From Vicugna vicugna (Eukaryota), in assembly GCA_013265495.1 (NCBI GenBank), contig MU058824.1, forward strand, positions 3,933,111 to 3,997,110: a stretch of DNA of 64,000 nt, in the 5' to 3' direction. Shown piece by piece: positions 1-10,542 of the stretch. Made by a program: the position numbers and the translations under genes. Below the pieces are notes generated by a model, which ran no database searches, was not told the DNA's origin, and was given only the letters and a program-made list of their open reading frames with translations. Positions within the stretch are counted from its first letter, which is position 1; every line of letters begins with the position of its first letter.

Positions 1-1289
1 ATTCTTTTACCTTCAGAGTGGGGTCAGAGTTCTTCTGCCTTTCAGGAGATGGCATGAACCCAAAGGAAGGACACAAGCTTATATTGGATAATAACAACAT
101 ACACTTATATTCCTTCTTCAGGAGCTGAATGTCCCTGTGCTGGGGACAGACGGAGATGAACTGGGTCTGACCTTGCCCCTAAGGAGTTTAAAATTGAGGA
201 GAGGTGGATGTATAAATCATTGAATGGCACACAAAGGACTAGAGAAGCCTGCCATGGCCTCCCTACCCACCCACTGACCTCTGGAGAGAATCAGCCCCCT
301 GGTTCGCTGGGGTCATCTAGGCATGTTCAACCTGCTTATGAAGTGGAATTCAGCTTGTTCTCCTCCTCTCTCTCTTTCCCCCACCCCTCCTCTCTCTGAC
401 ACTTGCTACATTAGAAGTCATCTATCCATCCATTGGGTTGTGTTTTCTCTAGTTCCTTCCCTCACCACTAGTTTGGAAGTTATACATTCTCTTCCCAGTC
501 TTTTAGTGTTACCCTTTCAACACTTAAATATATATTCAATTTCACACTTTTCTAACAGCCTAAAGGGAATCGGTATCTTCCTCCTCCTCCCTTCATGGTC
601 CCCACACTTCAGTCCTCTTTAGAATTAAAGCTAGTTTTCAAACGCCAAAGGTATTGCAGTTGTGTTTTCATTGAGCACTGTGTGCAGCAGTGAGGAAGGC
701 ATGGCAGGGACTAAGAAGACTATGTAGAGAAAACCAAGAGGGTGTTTCAGGTCCAAGGGCAGGACACAGAGCTAGTCACTGATCAGCCACCCGCTTTTTA
801 GGAGAGAGGAACTTCAGGCCGCCTGCTCCCTGAGCCCTGGCCACCAACAGCCCAGTGCCTGAGTGAGGGCAAGCCTTTGTCCAACTCACCCTTGGGCTCC
901 TCTTGGAGGGCAACCCCCACTGTGCCCCAGGGGTCCAAGCACATAATGGGGAGGGGCTCCCACACAGTTCTTTGGGGTGAAAACACACAGGAGCACCTTG
1001 GGCTGGGAGAGCACACTGACATCCTTGTGACACCCACTCAAAGGTTCTCAGCTCTCTCCTTTCCTTACACTCTGCCTTTCCAACTTACCAGGCCAAGAAT
1101 CACATCAGTGACAAACCCTCCCGAGGGAAAGAAAAGCCATGAGATGAGATATGAAATCAGAAAACAAGTTGAGAACCAGAGCCTGCAGCATGGGCAGGCC
1201 TTCATACCCCCAGAAGGCCCTTCAAAGGATCCACCCAAGTTTCCCCCACCTTGCCCACCTGTCTACTCACATTTGATATTCTGAAACCA

Positions 1290-1945
1290 GCTATTAACAT
1301 GAATCAAATATTTTTCATTCCCTACCTAGGATGTGGAGTGGTCTCTTTAAAATGTAAATTAGATTATGTTCTTGCCTTTATAAAGCCCTTTGATGACTTT
1401 CCACCCCCCCTTAAAATAAAATCCAAACTCTTTACGTGCCCACAGGGCCCTCTGTGGTCCTCCCGCCTGATGACGTGCTATCCTTTCCTGCCTCCCCTAC
1501 CCCAGCCTACATTGCAGCCCAGGCGTCCCTGGGAACGGCCAGTCTCACTCCCCGCTCACAGCCTTTGTGCACTCTGGTCCCTCAGACTAGAACAGCCCCT
1601 CCTCTGGCCTTGGCTCGCTTCTCCTCATCCTGCAATTTTCAATATAAATGTCACCTCCTTGGAGAAGCCTCCTTCTCCAACCACCCATTGAAATTAAGCA
1701 CCACCACCCTAATATTTTCTTTTCACAGCACCATCTTCCCATCTCTTTGTAGTATTTCCCTCAACACAGGTGATTTCTTATCCATCTGCTTGTTTCCTCG
1801 TTTACGGGTCAATCCTGCCCCATCAGGCTGCAAATTCCCCTGAAAAGAACCCTGTCTTGTTCACTACTGTTTCCTTAGCACCTAGAACAATGCCAGTACA
1901 TACAGGCTACTCAATAATTACTTGTTAACTGAATGAATTGATTGA
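1290..1945 (+). mobile_element. LINE L2 3' fragment
   Basis: Ends in the typical L2 terminus (cctgtcttgttcactactgtttccttagcacctagaacaatgccagtacatacaggctactcaataattacttgttaactgaatgaa), preceded by an L2-like pyrimidine-rich body; 5' boundary approximate. Confidence 0.8.
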
Positions 1946-2049
1946 TTAAATAAGCATTTACTGAGCATTCCAGGGTTGTGGTGAAGAGCAAGTGAGATCG
2001 TACTATACAAATATGAATGGTGATCATCATCAGTATCATCGCTATTTCC

Positions 2050-2460
2050 ACCCGAGATCAACTTGCAGACGACAGCACAGGCCAACCACCATCCAGTCTT
2101 GCCAGGCTGGCTATTTCCAGCACAATCTGAACAATAGCTACCATTGAAAAGGTCAAGGTTTCGCCACACTTCGCACAAGGATCATTTACAGTCCAATCAT
2201 TTGAATTAATCCCTTGACTTAGGTTTGATCTGTTTTTGTCAAGCAAGCAAATATATATTGATATTTGCGAAGAGCTTCCTGCATGTGGTGCCCACTAAAA
2301 TATGGCTGCATTTTCCATAGTAATTGTCTCTAGAAGCTCATTCCCAGCTGCGCTGGCTCATTTAGCTAATCTGCAGTAAGTATGGTATTGATCCGAGCAG
2401 CAAGGGAGGAGCACATTAGCCTGGCCCACAGAAGGGTGATTACTTTGGCTGCACGGTCAC
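2050..2460. promoter_or_regulatory. Candidate conserved non-coding element/enhancer
   Basis: Repeat-free; SOX AACAATAG (2130), NBRE AAAGGTCA (2148-2155), inverted FOX-type pair GCAAATAT-n6-ATATTTGC (2247-2268), several TAAT cores, retained CpGs. Confidence 0.35.
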
Positions 2461-2689
2461 TTCACAGGCTTGGCTGAAGTCTAAAAGCTACACTGAAATG
2501 GTCTGGCAGTCAGCCTTCTGTCCTCATCTCGCCCCTGACCACCTCCACACACATTCACACAGTCAGTGGGATCTGAGTTGGCCATGAGGAGAGTGGTGAT
2601 GTGATGACAGCATCTCAAGGAGACCTTATCATATCACTCCCCTGAAAGGTCTCTTATCATTCATCACTCATTCATAACTGACAACATCT

Positions 2690-3420
2690 TACAAAAATGA
2701 TACTATGCAATGCTTGCTAAGATGCATTAAAATTGATATTTTATATGCTGCCTATGGAAATGTAAATGAGCATAATCATTTGAAAAGCCAATTTGGCAGA
2801 CTACATCAAAGTGTTCATATTCTTTCTAAAAAGAAAATATGTATGTAAGTAAATGTGTAACTGAATCACTTTGCTATATATCTGAAACTAACATTGTAAA
2901 TCAACCATACTTCAATAAAACATTTTTTTAAAAAACCTGAATGTTCATATTCTTTGAACCTCCAATTCCACTTCTCTGAATTTATTCTTAGTAAATAGTC
3001 ATGGATGCGCACTGTTGCTTCAAATAATTATAAGTGACCAAAATTAAGGGATTGGTTAATAAATAAGCTATGGTATATCTTTTCAAAGAATACTTACTCT
3101 TCAGCCATAGAAAAGTATTTGTGATTTATTAAGTAGGGCATTGAGGGTAAGCAGATTTCAAACAGTGTAGACAATTTGTACACCATCATCCCAAAGTATT
3201 CAAAACTCAATTTGTATACACACAGAGAAAAACCACTGGATGAATAAAAGAAAGGTTGGATGCCCAGGGGATGGTGCATTATTCTCTAGGCTGTCTGTGT
3301 TTGAAACATTTCACAATAAAAAAAATAATAAAAGAAAAAAATTCAAAAGATATACACCAAAATATTAATAGGAGAGAGAGGATTTTAGGCTCTTTTTTAC
3401 TTACTTCTGAGAGATTGTCT
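2690..3420 (+). mobile_element. Old L1 (L1ME-like) 3' fragment, interrupted by a younger L1 tail
   Basis: Degenerate L1 3' motifs (ggaaatgtaaat...aatttggca; caattccacttct; ggattggttaataaataagctatggtatat). Confidence 0.65.
2826..2941 (+). mobile_element. Young, heavily 5'-truncated L1 3' tail (cetartiodactyl type)
   Basis: taactgaatcactttgctatatatctgaaactaacattgtaaatcaaccatacttcaataaaa; perfect 14 bp TSD tgttcatattcttt at 2812-2825 and 2942-2955. Confidence 0.85.
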
Positions 3421-3432
3421 ATATTTTCCAAG

Positions 3433-3595
3433 GCTTTTTTTTAATTGGGGAAGGGATTTTTTTGTTCCTTTTGGGAGGGGTTTGGGGGAGAGATAATTAG
3501 GTTTATTTATTTTATTTATATGGAGGTACTGGGGATTGAACCCCGGACCTTGTGCATGCTAAGCATGCACTCTACCACTGAGCTATACCCTCCCC
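3433..3595 (-). mobile_element. tRNA-Ala-derived SINE (camelid vic-1-like)
   Basis: Minus strand reads ggggagggtatagctcagtggtagagtgcatgcttagcatgcacaaggtccggggttcaatccccagtacctcca, then an A-rich tail (aaataaacctaattatctctccccc...); TSD tatattttccaag (3420-3432) / tatgttttccaag (3598-3610). Confidence 0.9.
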
Positions 3596-4184
3596 TGTAT
3601 GTTTTCCAAGTTTTCTTAAGTGAACTTGAATTCCTTTTAGAATACAAAAAGGAAAAGAAGAAAACTTCCTTAACAAAGTAACTTTCACACACAGCGCCAA
3701 TTGGTGTGCACCTGCCACGCATGGAGCCTGGGCTGTGATGAAGAGAGAGCCAGATGGGAAGGGAGGACAGGCATTCCAAGCAGGGAGAGCAGCTTGGACA
3801 AAGGCTTGGAGGTGGGGAAACACGTATGGAAAAGGTGGTGAATCCTTCTGTTTGGCTGACGAGGACTCATAAAAGGTATGGTGGGAGATCAGAGTAGAAG
3901 AGTCAAGAGAACACAGATTCAGACTCTCAGAAGACTGAACTTAGGAACCCTCTTAGGAGCCATAAGAAAGGGATGGGGAGGGACATGCAGGGAGTGGTGT
4001 GCAGGAAAGCCTCTGCATTGGAATGGTCGCTGCAGGCTGAGTGGAGGGTGGGAGGAAGGACCATACCACAGGCATGGCATCAGTGGAGAGGCTGGAATGT
4101 GGCCAGTGAGAGATAAGTGGGCCCAGCCCAGGGCAGTAGCTGTGGGGCCACCAGGAAACATCACCAAGGCCCAGCACAGGCTCC

Positions 4185-4430
4185 CTGGGGTGGTGGTTAA
4201 GAGCTCCAGCTGAGGTGCCAGGTTGCCTGGGTCTGATCCTGGTTTCACCGCTCACTAGATGTGTGGCTACTGGCCAGTTACATAACCTCTCTGTGCCTCA
4301 GTATTTGCATCTGGATAGTGGGGAGAACAATAATACAGTGTCATAGATCTGTTGGGAGGATGTCTGGAGGTGAAGCACTTGGCCCAGGGCCTCGTACAGA
4401 ATAACAGTTCAGATTAGTAGGCATTATTTA
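4185..4430 (+). mobile_element. MIR SINE
   Basis: gtggttaagagc...cctgggtctgatcctgg...cactagatgtgtgg...aacctctctgtgcctcagt core. Confidence 0.85.
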
Positions 4431-5099
4431 TTCCGACCTAAAATCCACCGACAGTGCCCTGACTAAGGCATGTTGCCTACAGGACCCCCTGTATCAGCAA
4501 GGGGCACAATCCCAGGCACAGCGTGGGCTCTGTCTCTCCAATCCTTCCTCAAGAAGTTGTCAGAGTTAAAGTAAGTCAAGATAAAGGAGAGACTAGAAGG
4601 ATGTTGTAGGAAATGTCAGTGACCCAGCCTCTGGTCTCAGCTTTGGCATTAATGCCAAACTGGAAATCGGGGTGAAAGTCATTGTCCTGGGAAAATTCCT
4701 AGGTGCCCAGTTGATGATAGAGCACGTGGGCATGGCCTCCTCTCCTGGGCCCAGGACCCACGTGTTCTGACACCACCTCTGGCCTGTGGCCAGGAGGTTA
4801 ATAGGCGCAGCTTATTTCATCTAAATTGACCTTTAACAAGACCTGTCCTGGGGCCATGGTTCAACCACTCATGAGGAAATAAAGAAAAACTCCAGTTACC
4901 CACCACACACACCTTGCACCCACCTGTCCCCAGTACAAATTGTAAGTAGCTTCTTTACAAATCCAGAGTTGCTTTTGGTCTGAGTGGGCCAGAGAGGTTG
5001 GTGAGAGGAGCCTTGTTTCCAGCATCCCCACCTCCTCTCCTACTTCCAGAACCACAGAAGTGATAAACAGGCTCATTGCAAGGCCAAGGAAATGCACAA

Positions 5100-5600
5100 T
5101 CAATCCACGCCTTTCAGGCTGGGCTACAATTTAAGGAGAGGAGAAAAGAAGATAAATAAAAAGGCCTATTTTCTAGATAGCCATTTAAGCCCAGAGAGAG
5201 GCTGTAATAATGTGCGCACCAGCTCTGCTTAAATTCGTGCCCGGCTCTCTCAGAATTGCCCTTAGATAATCAAAAGCAAGTGAAGAGGAACAACACAGAC
5301 TCCAGCTCAGAAGAGGACGTGGTAATTAGCACCCGACGTGAGGCCCCGCTGTCAGGCAGCGCGGCTGGTCACCGGGGGGCCTCCTGCTGTCTTCCAGCAG
5401 CAGAGGAAGACACTTCGGCTCTTCCTGACTCACCTCCAAGCTGGAAAGCACAAAACTGACACGTCCATGACTGTACTTCTAAAATCATCTCTCAAAGAGA
5501 TAAATGACTTCCTCCAGCCAGCGTTGTCTGACCCGGGTCTGGGAATAGATAAATTCATTTACTCGTGAGCTAAATCTCCGTTTTTCTCCTGGCACCATCT
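5100..5600. promoter_or_regulatory. Candidate enhancer with a small CpG cluster
   Basis: Repeat-free; TAATTA and CTGTCA inside a CpG-retaining stretch (5317-5380); several GATA/TAAT motifs. Confidence 0.3.
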
Positions 5601-6659
5601 ATAATCCCATCTCTTTCAACGTTGGAGACCCTCGGTGTGATGGATGTGCCCCAGTCGTGGGGCCAGAGGTGAAACCCTCCCTGGGAGGATCAAGCAGCCA
5701 ATCTTCAGGCCGAACCCATGTGACAACCTGCTCTAGGGGCACCTGGGTTCAGACGCCACCACACAGGTGGGGTCTCTGGAAGGAGCTATACTCGTTTCCC
5801 AGTAGAAATGCTTTCCTCTCCACACCAGGCCTGTCTGCCTGGGCCCAGACAAGCTGCAGGCTGCCTCCCAGAATGGCAGGGCCCTTCCAGGTCCTTGCAA
5901 GAGGAGAAAAGGGCTGACTGGGATCTGAGGAAGGTAAGACAGCAGCCTGTCTCCCACCAGACAGTCCAATCCCTCAGCTCCTGCAAGAGCCAAACAGATC
6001 TAGACAAAATTCTCTATTGCTGGTAATTTCTTCTGGGGACTTTAACAAAGTAAGACCACAAGGTTACCCTCTTCTGTCTCCTCACTGCCCTTTCAGGAAC
6101 ATGGGTCAGGGTCAACCCCACAAGCTTCAGTTTCCTCATCCATACAAAGGGGATCTTAATTCCTATCCTGCAAGGATTCTGAGAAGCCAAGTATAGACAC
6201 TGGTGAGATGTAAAGGCCATTATTACTCCATCCTAACCAATCAGATCACAGCAAGCCATCATCACTTGGTCCAGTGTCTTAGCCCCTACTACATGTTAGC
6301 ATCACTGGGCAGCCATAAAATAAATACTAGATAAATCATGATGCCTGACCCCTATCATGGACCAATTGCGTCCCATCTCTGCCAGTGGAGCTGGCATCAG
6401 TATTTCTCAACATGCAGTGAAAGGCTGAGAAGCTCTGGCCCGGTTTGCTCACTCACCCATCACTTTCCTCAGACCCCAGGGTCACTCCTAGGCAGGCTTT
6501 AAATGGTGAACACATGGCTGGTTCCGTGGGCTTGGGGGCAGCCCTGTCCTGAGCCTTTCCTAGGAAAGGCAAAGGGAAGAATACACACTGGTTGCAACAC
6601 ATCAGAAGGTACACAGGCTTGAAGCACGTGAACAGGGATGACAGAGAGGCAGACGTTCT

Positions 6660-6840
6660 TTGGGTCCGTACTGAGTGCCGGGTGCTGTGCTGTGTGCTTG
6701 GTATGGATTGTGAATCTCTTAATCCTCATCACAACCCCTGAGTTGGCACTGTTAGGAAGGCGACTTTACTGACAAGGGCACTGAGGCTTAGAGGGGTCAG
6801 AGCCATCTAGGGTCACATGTGGCAGAAAAGGACTTTGCTT
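6660..6840 (-). mobile_element. MIR SINE
   Basis: ttaatcctcatcacaacccc...actgaggcttagagggg reverse MIR core. Confidence 0.7.
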
Positions 6841-7327
6841 CTGGACCTGCAACTGGGGCACAGTCCTCACCTTGCCTCTCTGTGTGCCAGTTCCTCATCT
6901 GTGGGTCAGGAGGGGGCCCAAGGAGCCCCAGCCTCAAACGTGGTAAACGTTTGGTGAAGTGGCTCTGGTGCAGTGTGAAGAGCGCATGCCTAGCGGACAG
7001 CCGGATGTGCATTTACACCCGTGATTTTAACCATGCCTGGGCCATGGCTTTCAATCAATGATGACAAGAGTGAGGCAGGCTCACAGAATGGTAACCCAGA
7101 TGGCAAGGGGCCTGACCCCAGAGACCAAGATCTCAGGCTGAGATTGGGCTATGGAGGTTGTTCCATATCAGTCCTGCACGCATGCCCACTGAAAGGTTCA
7201 TGTGAGTGGGTACCCGGGTGTATGTGGGTGAGCTGTCCAAGGGCACTGCCAGTTACTGATAAAGCTCGGGATCTCAGGATGCTGGACTCTAAGTACAGTG
7301 CTCATTTTCTTAAAACAGAAGTATTGA

Positions 7328-7392
7328 GGGGAATGTACATCTCAGTGGTAAAGTACATGCTTAGCATGCACGAGGTCCTGGGTTCAATCCCC
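7328..7392 (+). mobile_element. vic-1-like tRNA-Ala SINE head, 3'-truncated
   Basis: ggggaatgtacatctcagtggtaaagtacatgcttagcatgcacgaggtcctgggttcaatccc; preceded by TT/AAAA at ~7310; no tail or 3' TSD. Confidence 0.85.
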
Positions 7393-7535
7393 TGCTCTGG
7401 CACTGACCCTGGGGAAGGCTTGGCACTTCACTGAGTCTCAGCCTGCTCATCAGTAAAATGAGGGTAATAAACCTTGCTTTGGATCCCCCCTGTGGTTTTT
7501 GGAGAGACAAATGTGATGAGGGGTATAGAAGTCTC
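7393..7535 (+). mobile_element. MIR body fused directly to the preceding SINE head
   Basis: ctgctctggcactgaccctgggg...ctgagtctcagcctgctcatcagtaaaatgagggtaataa matches MIR downstream of its B-box. Confidence 0.75.
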
Positions 7536-8384
7536 TGGTCACCCATAGGACCCAGCTGTCTGGGGTCTTCACATGAGGGATGTGTGGGGGTGGGGGGGAC
7601 TCTTTCACATACACACCCGAGGTGGGCAGTTTTTTCTCTTGCCTCTTGTTTCCTGTCTCTGATTGGTCCTCCCTTTCCCCTCTGCAGGCCTATGTGGCAT
7701 CTCCCTGACATCTCCCCCCCATCTTTGTGTTTGTCCTGAGCCACGGAGAGGGTCAGCCAGACACAGTTGAAGAAGGGCCCCCAGCATCGAATCTCATTCT
7801 TGCTCCCCTGGCAGCATCAGAGCCTGAACTCCCTGCGAGCTAGGTTTGGCTGTGACCCTGGGTGGCCGAGGGGCTCACCCTTCTGTTTTGGGCATCTTAA
7901 CACTGTGCAGCCGCTGCTGCCATCCCACCGCCAGCCCTGTGAGGAGTTCCATCCCATTACTCCTCCATGTCACCATGGCAACACAGGCTCCCAACTCTCC
8001 CAAAGATAGGAGTGCCGCCACCGACGCAGCCCTGCACCGCCCCACCCCCCACCCAGATATGCAGGAGGCCAGAGACCTCAGCTCATTCCCTGTCAGGACA
8101 GCCACACCGCCTGAGCTCCTACTAGCACCTGATGCCAGCCTCCAGAAACACTCCCCACCCAAGACTGAGCCACCCCCCGACCCAGCCACTGAGGATGTTG
8201 CCAGATGGCTTTCAGCTTATTTTAGGTTAATTTTCTTCATGAGTGTGTACCTGCCTTTTCTCCCCCACAGCCATGGAATCCAATCATAGCAGAGCTGGTG
8301 CTGACACAGGAACAGTACGGAGCAGTCGTACACCCCACTTCTCAGTGATACCCCACCAGGGTAAACTCTGAAGTGTACATGATG

Positions 8385-8744
8385 GCTCCTCCCATTTTAT
8401 AGAAGAAATTGAAGCTCAGAGAGGTTAAGTAACGTGAGCAAGGTCACACCGCCATTAAGTGGGAGACGATATTTAAATTCAAGGATGTTTTTCACTTAGC
8501 ATATGGTGAGTACTCTTACGTGGTACTTACCACATGCCAGGCACTATCTGGTGCTTTATGCATATTAACTCTTTTAATCCTCGTAACAACCCTATGGGTA
8601 GGTACTAACAATAGCTCCACCTTACAGATGAGGATATCAAGGCAAAGAGAGGTTAGGTAACTTGCCCAGAGTCACACAGAAAGAGATGGAGCCTGGGTTT
8701 GAGGCCAGGCAGTCTGGCTCCTGAGTTTGTGTTCATAATCACTC
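8385..8744 (-). mobile_element. Two adjacent/nested MIR SINEs
   Basis: Two reverse MIR cores: cccattttatagaagaaattgaagctcagagaggttaagtaac (8391) and ccaccttacagatgagg...agagaggttaggtaacttgccca (8617). Confidence 0.8.
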
Positions 8745-8746
8745 TA

Positions 8747-9200
8747 TAAACAGTTCCCAACTTACGAAGGTTTGAATTAGCAGGTTTTTGATTTTACAAT
8801 GATGCAAAAGCTATACCTATACAGCAGAAACTGTCCTGCAAATTTTGATTTTTTTCCCCACCCTGGCTAGCGATATGTGTGGTACAATAGTCACTCATGA
8901 TGCAACAGCTCCCAGTCGGCCACTCTCATGCGAGGCCATACACTTACAGCCATTCTGTACCCAAACAACCATTGTTTTTCACTCTCAGTGCAGTAGTCAA
9001 TACATTACATGAGATAGTCAATAGTCTATAATGAAATAGACTTTGTGTTAGATGATTTTACCCAACTGTAGGCTAATGTAAGTGTTCTGAGCATGTTTAA
9101 GCTAAGCTAGGTGTATTAAATGCATTTTTGACCTAATGATATATTCAACCTACAATGAGTTTGTCAGATCATAACCCCATCGTGGATCGAGGAAGATCTG
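8747..9200. mobile_element. TcMar-Tigger non-autonomous element (MER47/Tigger5-like)
   Basis: Imperfect TIRs (taaacagttcccaacttacga... / ...ccccatcgtggatcgaggaagatctg) flanked by TA; internal cccaactgtaggctaatgtaagtgttctgagca typical of this family. Confidence 0.8.
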
Positions 9201-9549
9201 TAGTATGTTTGATTATAATTCTAGGGCTCCTCTCTCCCAAGCTGCACCCCACCCCACCCTGAAGTCAAGAAATTGAGACCTGACCACCCCCGGTAGCTAT
9301 GCCTGGCTTCTCTCGTTGAACTGGCCTCTCAAATCGAGCACCTGGCTAGTTTGAGGCTTTTATCTCCGCAACCTTCCTGCAGCCCTTCTTTTCCAATTTC
9401 CCTCACTCTCCAGGTAAGCTCACGTTTCCACTCATTGCTCTGGGCTTTAAAAGGCTCCCATTTGGAACAACAGCCGGGAATTGTCCTCCTTTAGAGAGAA
9501 GAGCCTTCCAGGGGAAGTCCCCCTGTCCTCCCACACTCAGGCTGTCTCC

Positions 9550-10080
9550 AAAGACCATTAATGCAATCACTTAACAAGAGGCCAGCTCTAATAGAAAGGA
9601 AGAAAAAGGAGGAGCGTTGTTAGCAGTTTGAAAGGGAGAAGAAATCATAAAATCCATCAAACCTGTATTTGTCTCATTAAAAGTGTTTCTAATTTATAAT
9701 GTCCTGGAATGCAGATGTCGTCCAGCTGTGCGGGCCTGGTCGCGCTGCCTGGTGCACCCCCCAGTCCCCCACTCCTGGGCCCCCTCTCCCACCTCGCTGG
9801 GACTGCCATCAATTTCTGCTCATCAGCGGCACTTACAGTAAATGGATTCATTTGTGGCAATGGGAGCTGAGAGACAAAGGTGACAATATAATTAAGGTTT
9901 TTAATTCTATGCCTGAACAGTTAAGTCCAGAACTCATGATAATTAGCTGGCTGTAATGAAAGATCTTTAATCGTTATTTTCCCTTTGTTTCCTATAATTG
10001 TTCATTTTGGTCAACTACATTTGTCCTTTCATTTGAATCTGGCTGCACAGTTTTATGTCACTTCCATTATTCCTATAAAC
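9550..10080. promoter_or_regulatory. Candidate homeodomain-rich conserved element
   Basis: Repeat-free, many TAAT/ATTA cores, TCATAAAA (~9645), CCATCAA x2, SOX-like ACAAAG/CTTTGT, small central GC/CpG patch. Confidence 0.4.
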
Positions 10081-10354
10081 TCCAAAGAAAATACATCGTG
10101 GAGCTGGTCATTTACAAAGTCACGGCGAGGTGGCACAGGAAACTAGTCTGCGCACAACCGCTGACAGGGGGCTGGGGCTACTTTCTGGAGAAGAGGAAAC
10201 CTGGGCTCAGGAAATCCACAGGCCTGGGGATCTGGCTACATAAAACAACACAAAAACAAGCACTGGCAGGAGAAAGAAAAACAATGGGCCCTTCACAGCT
10301 GAACTGGCCACAAGTTGGTTTGCAAACTGGTTCATGGAAGAATGACTGTGGTCA

Positions 10355-10542
10355 TACGAGTTCTTGATTCTCAAATGCACGTATTGGTTTTTTTCATATT
10401 TTAGCATTCCTGTCATCAGGATGCATCTTACAATGGATGGGCATAATTAATGTCACGTCTACCTTTTGTATTTCCCTAAAAGTTTTAAGTAAATTGACAG
10501 TGTTTCTCACAGTTGACGGCACCTCAGAGTTGAGAAAACCTG
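10355..10542. mobile_element. MER104-like TcMar-Tc2 MITE
   Basis: gattctcaaatgcac...ggatgcatcttacaatggatgg...cagttgacggcacctcagagttgagaaaacctgg resembles MER104. Confidence 0.55.

Noticed and set aside
2175..2186. 12-mer ACAAGGATCATT shared with 48330-48341
   Set aside because: Many exact 12-mer matches are expected by chance within 64 kb.
3521..3595. Functional tRNA-Ala(AGC) gene (also 7328-7392 and 14492-14565)
   Set aside because: In the 3521-3595 copy the acceptor, anticodon and T stems carry mismatches, and it has a SINE tail and TSD. The other two copies are the same family.
3445..3681. Shared peptide MEVLGIEPRTL in ORFs at 3445 and 14323, suggesting a gene family
   Set aside because: Antisense translation of the vic-1-like SINE in both cases.
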